Of a stretch of 25,185 nt of DNA, positions 8,806 through 17,920 are shown in pieces. Each line of letters opens with the position of its first letter. The stretch's first letter is position 1. Source of the stretch: Promethearchaeota archaeon (GTDB taxonomy: Archaea; Asgardarchaeota; Lokiarchaeia; Sigyniarchaeales; SOKP01); assembly GCA_013375475.1 (NCBI GenBank), contig JABXKD010000054.1, positions 1-25,185 on the forward strand, given 5' to 3'. A program made the position numbers and the translations under genes. The notes beneath the pieces were generated by a model that ran no database searches, was not told where the DNA came from, and saw only the letters and a list, made by a program, of their open reading frames with translations.

Positions 8806-9007
8806 GTCAAGAATACCTTTTTGGCTTATCTTTTAGTTTTTACTCGCTATAGCAGTATATTAAGAATTGGTCTATAGAAAATTCTTATTAGGCGTGACTA
8901 ATTTTAGTAATATAAATTAATTTTTAATTGTAAATGAAATTAAAAAATCGTAAAATTAATTGTTAAACATTAAAGTTTAATAAATATAAGACTTGAGTTG
9001 AGTAAAA

Positions 9008-9493
9008 ATGAACCATAAGCATGAACATAGGTTGGGAATCGAAGCACCACATTCTCATCTGAAACAAGGACTTTCTGCTATAGTTTTCACCACAATTTGG
9101 ATTCTAGATTCACTAGTTTTCTCGTTTTCAACAGTACTGAATAATTTTGTTCCCGGGTTAGTTAGAATTATCCTGTTTATTATTATTATCGCCGTAGCTT
9201 TCGCATTTATTCGTGCTTCGCACAATGTGTTATTTCGGAATCCAGAAAAAAAGGATGATCTCATAACAGACGGAATACTTGGGCATGTTAGAAATCCAAT
9301 GTATTTTGATGTTCTCTTAATTTATCTTGCATGCATATTCCTATCGATTTCTTTGATTAGTATAGCGATTTGGATTATAATATTTATTATTTACGACAAA
9401 CTAGCTACCTTTGAAGGAAATCAACTAGAAGAATTATTCGGACAAAAATATTTAGACTACAAAGAGAAAGTACCTAAATGGATTCCTCGATAA
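9008..9493 (+). CDS. Isoprenylcysteine carboxyl methyltransferase (ICMT/Ste14/PEMT) family membrane protein
   Basis: LITDGILGHVRNPMY and LEELFGQKYLDYKEKVPKWIP; several TM helices. 3' end overlaps the convergent gene by 20 nt. Confidence 0.82.
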   Translation: MNHKHEHRLGIEAPHSHLKQGLSAIVFTTIWILDSLVFSFSTVLNNFVPGLVRIILFIIIIAVAFAFIRASHNVLFRNPEKKDDLITDGILGHVRNPMYFDVLLIYLACIFLSISLISIAIWIIIFIIYDKLATFEGNQLEELFGQKYLDYKEKVPKWIPR

Positions 9494-10379
9494 ATCGATT
9501 CTTTCGCAATGAAAATACGAAAACAAGTAGATAAGGCAGAGCTGCTATTAGCATTAATAATCCCAACATGACCTGTCCGATAATAAAACTAGAAATTACA
9601 TAGTAATAAGAAATTATTAATAGGCTGATTGGTGGGATTAGATCAAACCAATTTGTCTTTTTTAAAGTTTTTTTCTTCCAAAAAACGATACCGCAAGCCC
9701 AGACGATGGTAAAAATTGCCCATATTACAAGAATTACTGAGTTTAAGTTATAAAAAAGAGGAATTCTAGTGAAGAACCCTAATAACATCAAGATTCCCAA
9801 TCCGAATGGAACTACAAAAAAGACTGTGTATAATTTACGAATTGGAGAATTTCTTAAATCAACTTCAGTAATATTCAATATTTTTAGTTTTTTACTAACC
9901 TTATCCCAAGTTAAACCATAAGGTATTAGATATGCTAGTGGAATAAATAACCAACCAAAGAAATTAACAGCAGGTACATTGAAGTATTCTCCACCTCCAA
10001 ATGACCAAGCGCCTGATTCCACGGCAATTGGATCCATACCCCAATCTAAACAAAGTGCGATTAGAGAAGTTGTAAGTATTCTTTGCCATAAGGAAAGCTT
10101 TAAACGTTCAGTTATTATCATAGAACTGTAAATAATACCCACCCAGGATAAAGTAATAGACAACGGGACTCTATCAAGAATCATAATCAATTCTGTCGCG
10201 TAAGAAAAAAGACCAGTAATAACTCCCATTACTTCTAAAAATGCCGCAAAAACAAATATAGTTGGCAATATCAGTATACGCTGAATTCGATTCTTTTTCG
10301 CGTCCATTAGAGCATGAACAATGGTTAAGCCAGTCAATATATAACCAATTAATCCTGGAAGAAGTACTACTTCTGACAT
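9474..10379 (-). CDS. CruF/DUF422-like (carotenoid 1,2-hydratase family) membrane protein
   Basis: E..GV.TG..Y, VPLSITLSW, LDWGMDP.AV..G.W, YFNVP..NFFGW; about 9 TM segments. Confidence 0.7.
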   Translation of the reverse strand: MSEVVLLPGLIGYILTGLTIVHALMDAKKNRIQRILILPTIFVFAAFLEVMGVITGLFSYATELIMILDRVPLSITLSWVGIIYSSMIITERLKLSLWQRILTTSLIALCLDWGMDPIAVESGAWSFGGGEYFNVPAVNFFGWLFIPLAYLIPYGLTWDKVSKKLKILNITEVDLRNSPIRKLYTVFFVVPFGLGILMLLGFFTRIPLFYNLNSVILVIWAIFTIVWACGIVFWKKKTLKKTNWFDLIPPISLLIISYYYVISSFIIGQVMLGLLMLIAALPYLLVFVFSLRKNRFIEESI

Positions 10380-10542
10380 CTATAATCCTCTATTTGATGA
10401 AAAAATTTATTATTATTTAATGTAGTTTATTTGATTTGAATTAGACTTTAACAAATTAAAAGTTAATTGTAGGTGATACTCTCCAATAAAAGTTATGTGA
10501 AAGTAAGATGTAAATTGGTTGTTAAGAATTATAAGTACAATT

Positions 10543-11283
10543 TCATTTTTTTTGCTTCTTTTTTTCAAATTCTTTCCGTTTCATCTCACTATGATCCATT
10601 GCAAAGAAAGTTTTACCATAGTGAGTAAGTAAGCACGCCGCGGGATTATGGGGGGAGGATCTATCTTTTGCGATTAAGGTGGTAACTGGTGCTTTCGATA
10701 TATGAGTAAAAGTTATATCGTGTCCTACACATAAACCAATTATAATATTCAGGTTTGTGTTAGCCTTATTAAATAACAAAGCTTGAGCTGCAGGATTACA
10801 CGTAATATTCCCTATAGGGTATCCAGTCTTAGACATCATCGTGTATTCCTCAGGAACGCCAACTTTAGTTTTTGGAACGCTGCCTGTTTTACAACAAACA
10901 GACAAAACCTCAAAACCGTATATTCCTAAAATTTTAGCGATTTGTTCTGCTTCACTCTGTAAACCCACACAGAATGCCAGTCCCAACTTATTGTAATCCA
11001 TACCTTTAGCGAATTCAATCGTATCTTTTAATCTTGGCCATTTTATATATCCCTTAGCTTCTACAATCGAAGCTACTCGAGTTGATTTCCTTATAAAATC
11101 ATCCTTTTTATACAATTCGAGGGCTTCCTTCTCAATTTCAGGAGAAATCGTCATTGGACAATTTTCCTTCTTATTATTCGCTCTGCCACTAACACAATAT
11201 TTAATACTATCACACTGGTGACAGGTAGGATTTTTCTCCTCCTCCTCTTCAGAATGGAAACTCATAATATTTCTTTGTTTCAA
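10543..11283 (-). CDS. DUF1847 family metal-binding protein
   Basis: GLAFCVGL..EA, SVCCKTG, CNPAAQA, GLCVGHD, LIAKDR...HNP. Likely start is ATG at 11265. Confidence 0.85.
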   Translation of the reverse strand: MKQRNIMSFHSEEEEEKNPTCHQCDSIKYCVSGRANNKKENCPMTISPEIEKEALELYKKDDFIRKSTRVASIVEAKGYIKWPRLKDTIEFAKGMDYNKLGLAFCVGLQSEAEQIAKILGIYGFEVLSVCCKTGSVPKTKVGVPEEYTMMSKTGYPIGNITCNPAAQALLFNKANTNLNIIIGLCVGHDITFTHISKAPVTTLIAKDRSSPHNPAACLLTHYGKTFFAMDHSEMKRKEFEKKKQKK

Positions 11284-11357
11284 TCCTAATAAAAACTTTT
11301 TTTTTATCGTTTATTTTTATTACTAGTTAATATTTAATTATGAACGGAGGTTAGAAA

Positions 11358-12203
11358 ATGAAAGATTTAAACGATTATAAAAAAATTGGGGAAGAGCTTA
11401 TTGACAAATTAAAACTCACAACATTTCCTATAGCTGTTAAAATATTTAAAAAAGGGGAAGAAATACCCCCTTCAGGAAAAATAATTCGACCAAATCAATT
11501 TTTTGGAGAAGCTGTTGCTACATGCACCAGTCACCTATGGTGTAGGCGATCGGGACTTTCCTTTTATATTGAGGGTGAAGACATTTCGTGCAGTCCCTCT
11601 TGTTATTTATATTTCGGTTTAGAAGAAACAGAAAATCATCCCGAACCGGTTTATGAAAGCTGGGCTAGGTACGCTGGATTCAAGAGAAATTTAGCAGCAG
11701 AAAAGAGTTCCCGAGCAACTGATGCAACATTTAAACCAGGTGAAATTGAAGGATTTCTTATTTCACCGTTGCACATAACCATCGCGAAACCTGATGTGAT
11801 TATTATTTTCTGCACCCCTTTAAGTCTTGGACATTTAATTTTAGCTGCAACTTATGATGGTGATTGCATAAACAGCGATTTTAACGGTATGGAGGCATCT
11901 TGTAAGGGACTCGTGAAAACTTACCAATCTAAGAAATGTAATATCGCTTGTCCTGGATTGGGCGACCGAATGTTGGGCAATGCTCAAGATAACGAAATGA
12001 TGTTTTTCATCCCGGAAAGTAAGCTTGAAATGGTTGCTAACAACATATTTAAGGCGGGAAGTAAACAACAAGGACCTAAATCCAAAATGACGATACCTCA
12101 TATTATCACTTCGGTAGGTTCTCAAAGAATGTATGGACAAACTGCTGATCCTCCACAATGGAAGTACGTGAGAAGGAAAAAAAAAATTAGTTTTCTAGTA
12201 TAA
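11358..12203 (+). CDS. DUF169 family protein
   Basis: LKLTTFPIAVK, PDVIIIFCTP, ASC, CPGLGDR...DNEM.F.IP; GGAGGT Shine-Dalgarno upstream. Confidence 0.82.
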   Translation: MKDLNDYKKIGEELIDKLKLTTFPIAVKIFKKGEEIPPSGKIIRPNQFFGEAVATCTSHLWCRRSGLSFYIEGEDISCSPSCYLYFGLEETENHPEPVYESWARYAGFKRNLAAEKSSRATDATFKPGEIEGFLISPLHITIAKPDVIIIFCTPLSLGHLILAATYDGDCINSDFNGMEASCKGLVKTYQSKKCNIACPGLGDRMLGNAQDNEMMFFIPESKLEMVANNIFKAGSKQQGPKSKMTIPHIITSVGSQRMYGQTADPPQWKYVRRKKKISFLV

Positions 12204-12352
12204 TATTATAAGTTATTTCAATTAATGATAAACTATTACTAATATTGAATTAAAAAACATATTAACTCAAAATTTTTTAATACTTCTTGTATAAAAATTA
12301 TTGACACACAAATATAATTAAAGAATTAAACCAAAAAAAAAATTGATGAGAA

Positions 12353-13906
12353 ATGGTTAGAACAAAAGAACAGTATATGAAAGATTTAGGACGAATGAAA
12401 TCTAATCTTTATTTTGATGGTAAAGAAATTGATCGATTAGACGACCTTCAAATTCCTTGTCTAAACACGATTGGAACTACCTTCGATGCTTTCGATGACC
12501 CTGAATATAAAGATTTAATCCAAGTAAAATCTCATCTTACGGGTGAAATTATTAATCGATTTACGCATGTTCATCATAGTACTGATGATCTACATAAAAA
12601 GCAAGATATGACGCGTAAACTATGTCAAAAAGTTGGTGGATGCATTCAGAGATGCATGGGTTGCGATGCCACAAATGCGATATACAATGTCTCATATGAA
12701 GCTGATAAATTAAATAACGGAGATTCTCATTACCACGAAAATTTCAAGAAATGGCTATTAAGATTTCAACAGGAAGATTTAGTAGCGGCTGGTGCACAAA
12801 CTGATGTAAAAGGCGATCGAATTAAACGTCCTGCTGATCAAGCAGATCCTGACATGTATGTCCATGTGGTAGAAAAGAAGAAAGACGGAATTATAGTAGC
12901 TGGTTGTAAACTACATATTTCAGAAGCATCCGTTTCTGATGAACTATTAGTAATCCCAACAAGAGCATTAAGACCCGAAGATAAAGATTATGCTGTCGCG
13001 TTCGCAGTACCTGGAGATTATGAGGGAGTGACTCAAGTAGTTACTGTTCATAATTTCCGCGAAAGGAAACATTTTCCTCGAGGCTTTATGCCAGGAGCCA
13101 CAGATTCGTATCTAATTTTTGACGATGTATTTGTACCCTGGGAAAGAGTCTTTTTATGCGGTGAACACCAGCATGGGGGTGCCCTTGCTTTACTCTTTGG
13201 TCTCTTTCACCGGCATAGCTACTCGGGATGTAAACCCGCAATTGGTGACATAACGGTGGGAACAGCAGCTTTGGCTGCAGAATATAACAACATTGCTAAA
13301 GCTTCGCATGTAAGGAAAAAACTGGCCGAATTAATCTTGATTACAGAACTTGGCTATGCTGCGGGATACACTGCCTCTGATTTAGGAAAATCAGAAATAT
13401 ACATGCCTGGTGTTGGTTTTATACCCTACGGTCCAGGAAGCTATATTCCACACTCGATTTACGCCAATGTGGGAAGATGTTTAACCGGAGAAAATGTATT
13501 CCGTGAAGCTGAGATAATCACGGATATTTCGGGTGGTATTCCAGCTACATTTCCACATGAAAACGATTTTGTTAATCCTCTGCTGAAAGACAAACTCAAT
13601 AAATACATTACTAGAAATCCTAATATTGCACCTGAAAATGCTGCACAATTCTGGAGATATGTTGGAGACAGCTTATGTTCAGCATCCGGAGGAATCCATC
13701 TCGTTGGAGGATACCATGGAGGTGGGAGCCCAGTTATGGAACAAATTGCTATCACAACTCAATATGACATTGAAGCCCGAAAAACCATGGTAAAAAAAAT
13801 CGCTGGAATAGACGATAAGTTAAACAAAAAAAGACTAGGGACTAAACACTCAAATTCTTCTAAAGTGATGGTACATCAAGTAGACGAAGCCGTTGCTAAA
13901 AAATAA
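12353..13906 (+). CDS. 4-hydroxybutyryl-CoA dehydratase (AbfD)/HpaB family FAD-[4Fe-4S] enzyme, divergent
   Basis: CIQRC (two cluster Cys), TDVKGDR, FDDVFVPWERVFL, HRHSYSGCK (His and Cys ligands), HGGGSP. Confidence 0.88.
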   Translation: MVRTKEQYMKDLGRMKSNLYFDGKEIDRLDDLQIPCLNTIGTTFDAFDDPEYKDLIQVKSHLTGEIINRFTHVHHSTDDLHKKQDMTRKLCQKVGGCIQRCMGCDATNAIYNVSYEADKLNNGDSHYHENFKKWLLRFQQEDLVAAGAQTDVKGDRIKRPADQADPDMYVHVVEKKKDGIIVAGCKLHISEASVSDELLVIPTRALRPEDKDYAVAFAVPGDYEGVTQVVTVHNFRERKHFPRGFMPGATDSYLIFDDVFVPWERVFLCGEHQHGGALALLFGLFHRHSYSGCKPAIGDITVGTAALAAEYNNIAKASHVRKKLAELILITELGYAAGYTASDLGKSEIYMPGVGFIPYGPGSYIPHSIYANVGRCLTGENVFREAEIITDISGGIPATFPHENDFVNPLLKDKLNKYITRNPNIAPENAAQFWRYVGDSLCSASGGIHLVGGYHGGGSPVMEQIAITTQYDIEARKTMVKKIAGIDDKLNKKRLGTKHSNSSKVMVHQVDEAVAKK

Positions 13907-13925
13907 GATCAAAAACAATCAAAAC

Positions 13926-13943
13926 TTTTTTTTCCCCTTTTTT
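13926..13943 (+). terminator. Oligo-T terminator
   Basis: T8-CCCC-T6 about 20 nt after the dehydratase stop. Confidence 0.45.
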
Positions 13944-14039
13944 ACATTTAAGATTTTTGATAAGTATTTAATATTGTTTCACTAATATTAGCAAATAAAG
14001 AATCATAAAATTGAATTTATAATTTGAGAAAAAGTTGAT

Positions 14040-14909
14040 ATGCTAAATAAGGATTGGTTTACAGAAAAGATAAACTCCTTTTTAAGGGAAGATGAAAGCA
14101 ATAGGATGACGGGAGTGGATGGTGCGTTTTTTTGGGAGCCTGACATTCTTATTGGGTTTTGTTCCGGAAATGATCCCATTTTCCAAGAGTATAAAAAATT
14201 AGTTGGACCTTTTCATTTAACTCCAGAAGAAGCCTTTACGAAATATTGCGAAATAAACAATATCGAAAACGACACTACGGAAAACCTTACTGTTGTTGCA
14301 TTTGTGCTTCCTATGAATAAACTTACGAAAAAGGAGAATCTTGAGTATTCTCAAGAATGGCCAAGTGAAAGATGGGCTCATACTAGGCTTTACGGTGAAG
14401 CGGCAAACCAAAAAATATGGAACCACATCCTAAGCGAACTTAAAAAAGAGTTTGGAATTAACGGAGTTGCTCCAATGGCTGAAAAAAAATTATTTAAGAT
14501 ATACCCAAAACATAAAGATGCGTGGCAAGGGGTATTTGCGTCAACTTGGTCGCATAGACACATGTGCTTCGCTTCAGGATTAGGATCATTTGGTTTATCC
14601 GATGGATTTATCAATGAAAAAGGCAAGGCGATGAGGTGTGGAAGCTTCGTAATTAATTATGAATTACCCTCTGATGCGGATAAACGAGCTAAAAGTCGCC
14701 GTGAGTATTGTATTGAATGTGGAGACTGCGTGAAACGATGCCCTGCTGGAGCAATAACCATGAAGGATGGCCACGATAAGCAAAAATGCTACAACAAGGT
14801 TATAAGCACGGTCTCTTATATTCGAGATCATTATAAAATACCTATCTATGGTTGTGGGCTTTGTCAAGTAGGTGTATCTTGTACAGATGGAATTCCTAAG
14901 AGAAATTAA
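14040..14909 (+). CDS. QueG/reductive-dehalogenase-like 2x[4Fe-4S] protein
   Basis: PSERW...R..GE, WSHRH...ASGLGSFGLSDG.I..KG...R.GS, CIECGDCVKRCP, KC...CGLCQVGVSC. Confidence 0.8.
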   Translation: MLNKDWFTEKINSFLREDESNRMTGVDGAFFWEPDILIGFCSGNDPIFQEYKKLVGPFHLTPEEAFTKYCEINNIENDTTENLTVVAFVLPMNKLTKKENLEYSQEWPSERWAHTRLYGEAANQKIWNHILSELKKEFGINGVAPMAEKKLFKIYPKHKDAWQGVFASTWSHRHMCFASGLGSFGLSDGFINEKGKAMRCGSFVINYELPSDADKRAKSRREYCIECGDCVKRCPAGAITMKDGHDKQKCYNKVISTVSYIRDHYKIPIYGCGLCQVGVSCTDGIPKRN

Positions 14910-14924
14910 ATTGAGGGTCATAAA

Positions 14925-16436
14925 TTGAGCGAAAAATTGAATGTTCTATTCATAATAACTGACCAGCAACGAGCTGATCATTTAAGTTGTATGGGAAATC
15001 CAATTCTTAAGACGCCAAATATTGATAGAATTGCCAAAAATGGAGGTGTGAGATTTACTAAGTATTTCTGCGCCAATCCGATTTGCATGCCGAATAGAGC
15101 AAGCTTTTTTACGGGAGCATATCCTAGTGAGCATAAAACTCGTTCGAATGGTATTAATTTAAATCCTGAGCTTCCTACTATAACTGAGATATTAAAAAAC
15201 CTAGGATATCATACTTGCAACGTAGGAAAACTCCATTTCCAACATTTGGCCCCAACTTTTAACAGATATAAGAAAATTGAGAAATCTTTGGAATCTATTT
15301 TAGATTGGTGGTATGGAAAAATCAAATTACCATTTCCCACGCCTTACTACGGATTCGAAGAAGTACATATGGCCAATGGACATGGAGATATGTTGAGTGG
15401 CCATTATTATGAATGGTTAAAAAAGCAAGGATATGATATGGATGCATATCACAAAGATCTTTACAGAATCAACAATTTTTTCCATGAAACAAAGTTACCA
15501 GAAGAGTTATATCCAACAACATATATAGCGGATCAAACCGTAGAATATCTGAAAAGAACCGTAAACGGAGAGTATGGGAATAAACCATTTTTTCTCCACT
15601 GCTCGTTTCCTGATCCGCATCAACCGGTTTGTCCTCCAGGAAAATATAAGGACATGTATAAACCAGAGGATATCGTTCTGCCTTCGAATTTTAATGATGG
15701 TCAAAAATTACTTGAGCATGATTTTTTAGGAAAGTATATTAAATTAGATTTTGAACCTGTTCTTCCTAGTTTGGTTAATGAGGAAATAGCAAAAAAATTT
15801 AAGGCCCTTACTTATGGTTCCATTGCGATGATTGATGATGGTGTTGGAAAAATTCTTAACTATTTGGAAAAATCAGGTTTAGCTGAGAACACAATGGTGA
15901 TTTTCACGAGCGACCACGGAGATTACTGTGGAGATCATGGACTCATCATAAAAGGTCCAGCTCATTATCGTGGTGTTATAAACCCTCCATTGTTATGGAA
16001 AATACCTGGTTTAACAAAATCATCCGTTTCAAATTCTCTCGTAAGTACAGTGGATCTTACAAAAACTATTTTAAATTTATTGAGTGTGGAGAGAAACAAA
16101 CACCCCGAAATGTGCCAAGGATTAGATATTACACCGATTTTAAAAGAGTCGAATAAAAAAGTAAGAGAACAACTTCTCATTGAACACGATGAAGAGCTTA
16201 CGCAAATTAGTAGAAAAGAATCTTTTAGAATTCGAACCCTTGTTACCGATAACCATCGATTAACAATATACGATGGATACGAAAAAGGAGATTTATTTGA
16301 CTATGAAAGCGATCCAGGCGAGATTAATAATTTATGGGGCAAAAATGAGGAATTAAAAAACTCACTCATCGAAAAACTTATGAGAGAAATCATTAACCTT
16401 CAGCTACGAATACCAACGAGAAAAGCTGCCCATTAA
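14925..16436 (+). CDS. Cys-type (formylglycine-dependent) sulfatase
   Basis: NVLFIITDQQR, CMPNRASFFTG (CxPxR), VGKLH, PDPHQP, FTSDHG, KG. TTG start after GAGGGT, 15 nt from the upstream stop. Confidence 0.92.
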   Translation: MSEKLNVLFIITDQQRADHLSCMGNPILKTPNIDRIAKNGGVRFTKYFCANPICMPNRASFFTGAYPSEHKTRSNGINLNPELPTITEILKNLGYHTCNVGKLHFQHLAPTFNRYKKIEKSLESILDWWYGKIKLPFPTPYYGFEEVHMANGHGDMLSGHYYEWLKKQGYDMDAYHKDLYRINNFFHETKLPEELYPTTYIADQTVEYLKRTVNGEYGNKPFFLHCSFPDPHQPVCPPGKYKDMYKPEDIVLPSNFNDGQKLLEHDFLGKYIKLDFEPVLPSLVNEEIAKKFKALTYGSIAMIDDGVGKILNYLEKSGLAENTMVIFTSDHGDYCGDHGLIIKGPAHYRGVINPPLLWKIPGLTKSSVSNSLVSTVDLTKTILNLLSVERNKHPEMCQGLDITPILKESNKKVREQLLIEHDEELTQISRKESFRIRTLVTDNHRLTIYDGYEKGDLFDYESDPGEINNLWGKNEELKNSLIEKLMREIINLQLRIPTRKAAH

Positions 16437-16505
16437 TTCTTATTTTTAGGATTTACAATAGAATAATATGGAATTTTTATAAAACTAAAGCTTTTTATAA
16501 TAGGT

Positions 16506-17651
16506 TTAACAAGGATACTCCGGATTGTCCTTATTTTCTTCTTTTATTGTATTCATTAATTCAATATTGTTATCGAAAATGTATGAACGTTCTAACCTAT
16601 GTAGCTTTATAGCTTCGGTTGGGCATGTAACTGCGCAGATTCCGCAACCAAAACATTCCGAAGCCTTTACAACAGCTTTTTCATTTTTCATTTTAATTGC
16701 CGTAAAGGGGCATCTCTTCGCGCAAAGTCCACAACCACTACATAAATCTTTATTTACTTTTGATATATAATTCGCTTTACTGATACAATCCTTGTTCTTC
16801 TCTTCAAATCGAGTTACTTGGCGTAAAACTGAACAACAACAATTGCAACAGCTGCATATTACCTGATGGAACATAGGATTTATTACATTATTAACATTAA
16901 AAAGTAAGCCCCTTTTAGCTATCTCGTCTACTTTTTTATGAGCTTCTTCGCGTGATAGTTCTCTTCCTTCGCCCCTTCTTTTGAAATAACCACCGAACAA
17001 ACCTACTTGAAAACAGGTTTCTTCAATTGGAAAATCTCTTTTACACCTTTCTTCTCTTATCCCTAAAGTTTCCGTTCTTTTACGGCAAGGACAATCGGTA
17101 ACCATGATTGGGGTTTGACAAGTATCGATTATTCCATGAATCTCCTCTGCGTTTGAGACTTTAGACTCGTAATCAATTGCTTTATTAATAGGTACTACTC
17201 TAACTAGCGAAGTACCTTGGTCAGAACTCGTGTACCGATGATAAAATTTATCTTCGATAAAAAACTTTTGATAAAGTTCGGCACCTTTTATCCCTCCAAC
17301 TCTTTCAGCAGCCTTACTGTACTTGAATCCCATGTTGAAAAGATGTGCTATCGCCATAAAGTGCGAATAACCTCCAATATCATGCAATAATCCTTTATTA
17401 GTTAAGTCATCTAAAATCTCTTTAGTTTCATCCCTCGTTTTTCCAATTTTTTTAGCGATTTTCAACGGATTTTGTCCATGAATTCCTAAATATTGTGCGA
17501 CCTTCGCTTCTTCTGGTGTGAATAGCATGTGAATAAATTCTCTAAAAGCTTCTGAAACTTTTCCACCAGACATAGGGATACCGTTGGGGTACTCCCTTTT
17601 CATGGTATCAATTATTACTTCGTAAGGATCAATATTTTCTTCTGTAGTCAT
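16506..17651 (-). CDS. Cys-rich 4Fe-4S dicluster protein, paralogue of 4165..5286
   Basis: FTPEEAK, CPCRK, ICSCCNCCC, CSGCGLCAKRCP, CFGCGICAVTCP. Confidence 0.85.
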   Translation of the reverse strand: MTTEENIDPYEVIIDTMKREYPNGIPMSGGKVSEAFREFIHMLFTPEEAKVAQYLGIHGQNPLKIAKKIGKTRDETKEILDDLTNKGLLHDIGGYSHFMAIAHLFNMGFKYSKAAERVGGIKGAELYQKFFIEDKFYHRYTSSDQGTSLVRVVPINKAIDYESKVSNAEEIHGIIDTCQTPIMVTDCPCRKRTETLGIREERCKRDFPIEETCFQVGLFGGYFKRRGEGRELSREEAHKKVDEIAKRGLLFNVNNVINPMFHQVICSCCNCCCSVLRQVTRFEEKNKDCISKANYISKVNKDLCSGCGLCAKRCPFTAIKMKNEKAVVKASECFGCGICAVTCPTEAIKLHRLERSYIFDNNIELMNTIKEENKDNPEYPC

Positions 17652-17920
17652 TAACTGATTTTTAAGATTTATCTTATTAAGCTTAAACTAGAACTAAATT
17701 AAAAATAATTTAGGTTTGCTTTACTATTTGAAAGAGAAAAATTCTACCTATAAATAATTTTTCATTATCTAAATGAACCTAAGGAGCAACGAGAGATTAC
17801 CCTACTAAAAATTCTTCAAATTAAATAAGTAAGAAGTTTATACCGTATTTATCTCCGTAATAAAAAATTTAAATAAGTAAATATATTTTAAAATAAAATC
17901 AAAAAGAGAACAAAAGAATT

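Noticed and set aside
8802-8852. 16-codon ORF (MSQEYLFGLSFSFYSL) overlapping the methylase stop by ATGA
   Set aside because: Too short, runs through a T-rich terminator-like tract, and has no recognisable homology.
12177-12186. A10 run near the end of the DUF169 gene as a phase-variation site
   Set aside because: It is in the last few codons, so slippage would change only a few terminal residues.
17821-17880. 12-bp direct repeat TTAAATAAGTAA (17821 and 17869)
   Set aside because: Only two copies, nearly all A/T in an AT-rich divergent promoter; not CRISPR-like and plausible by chance.
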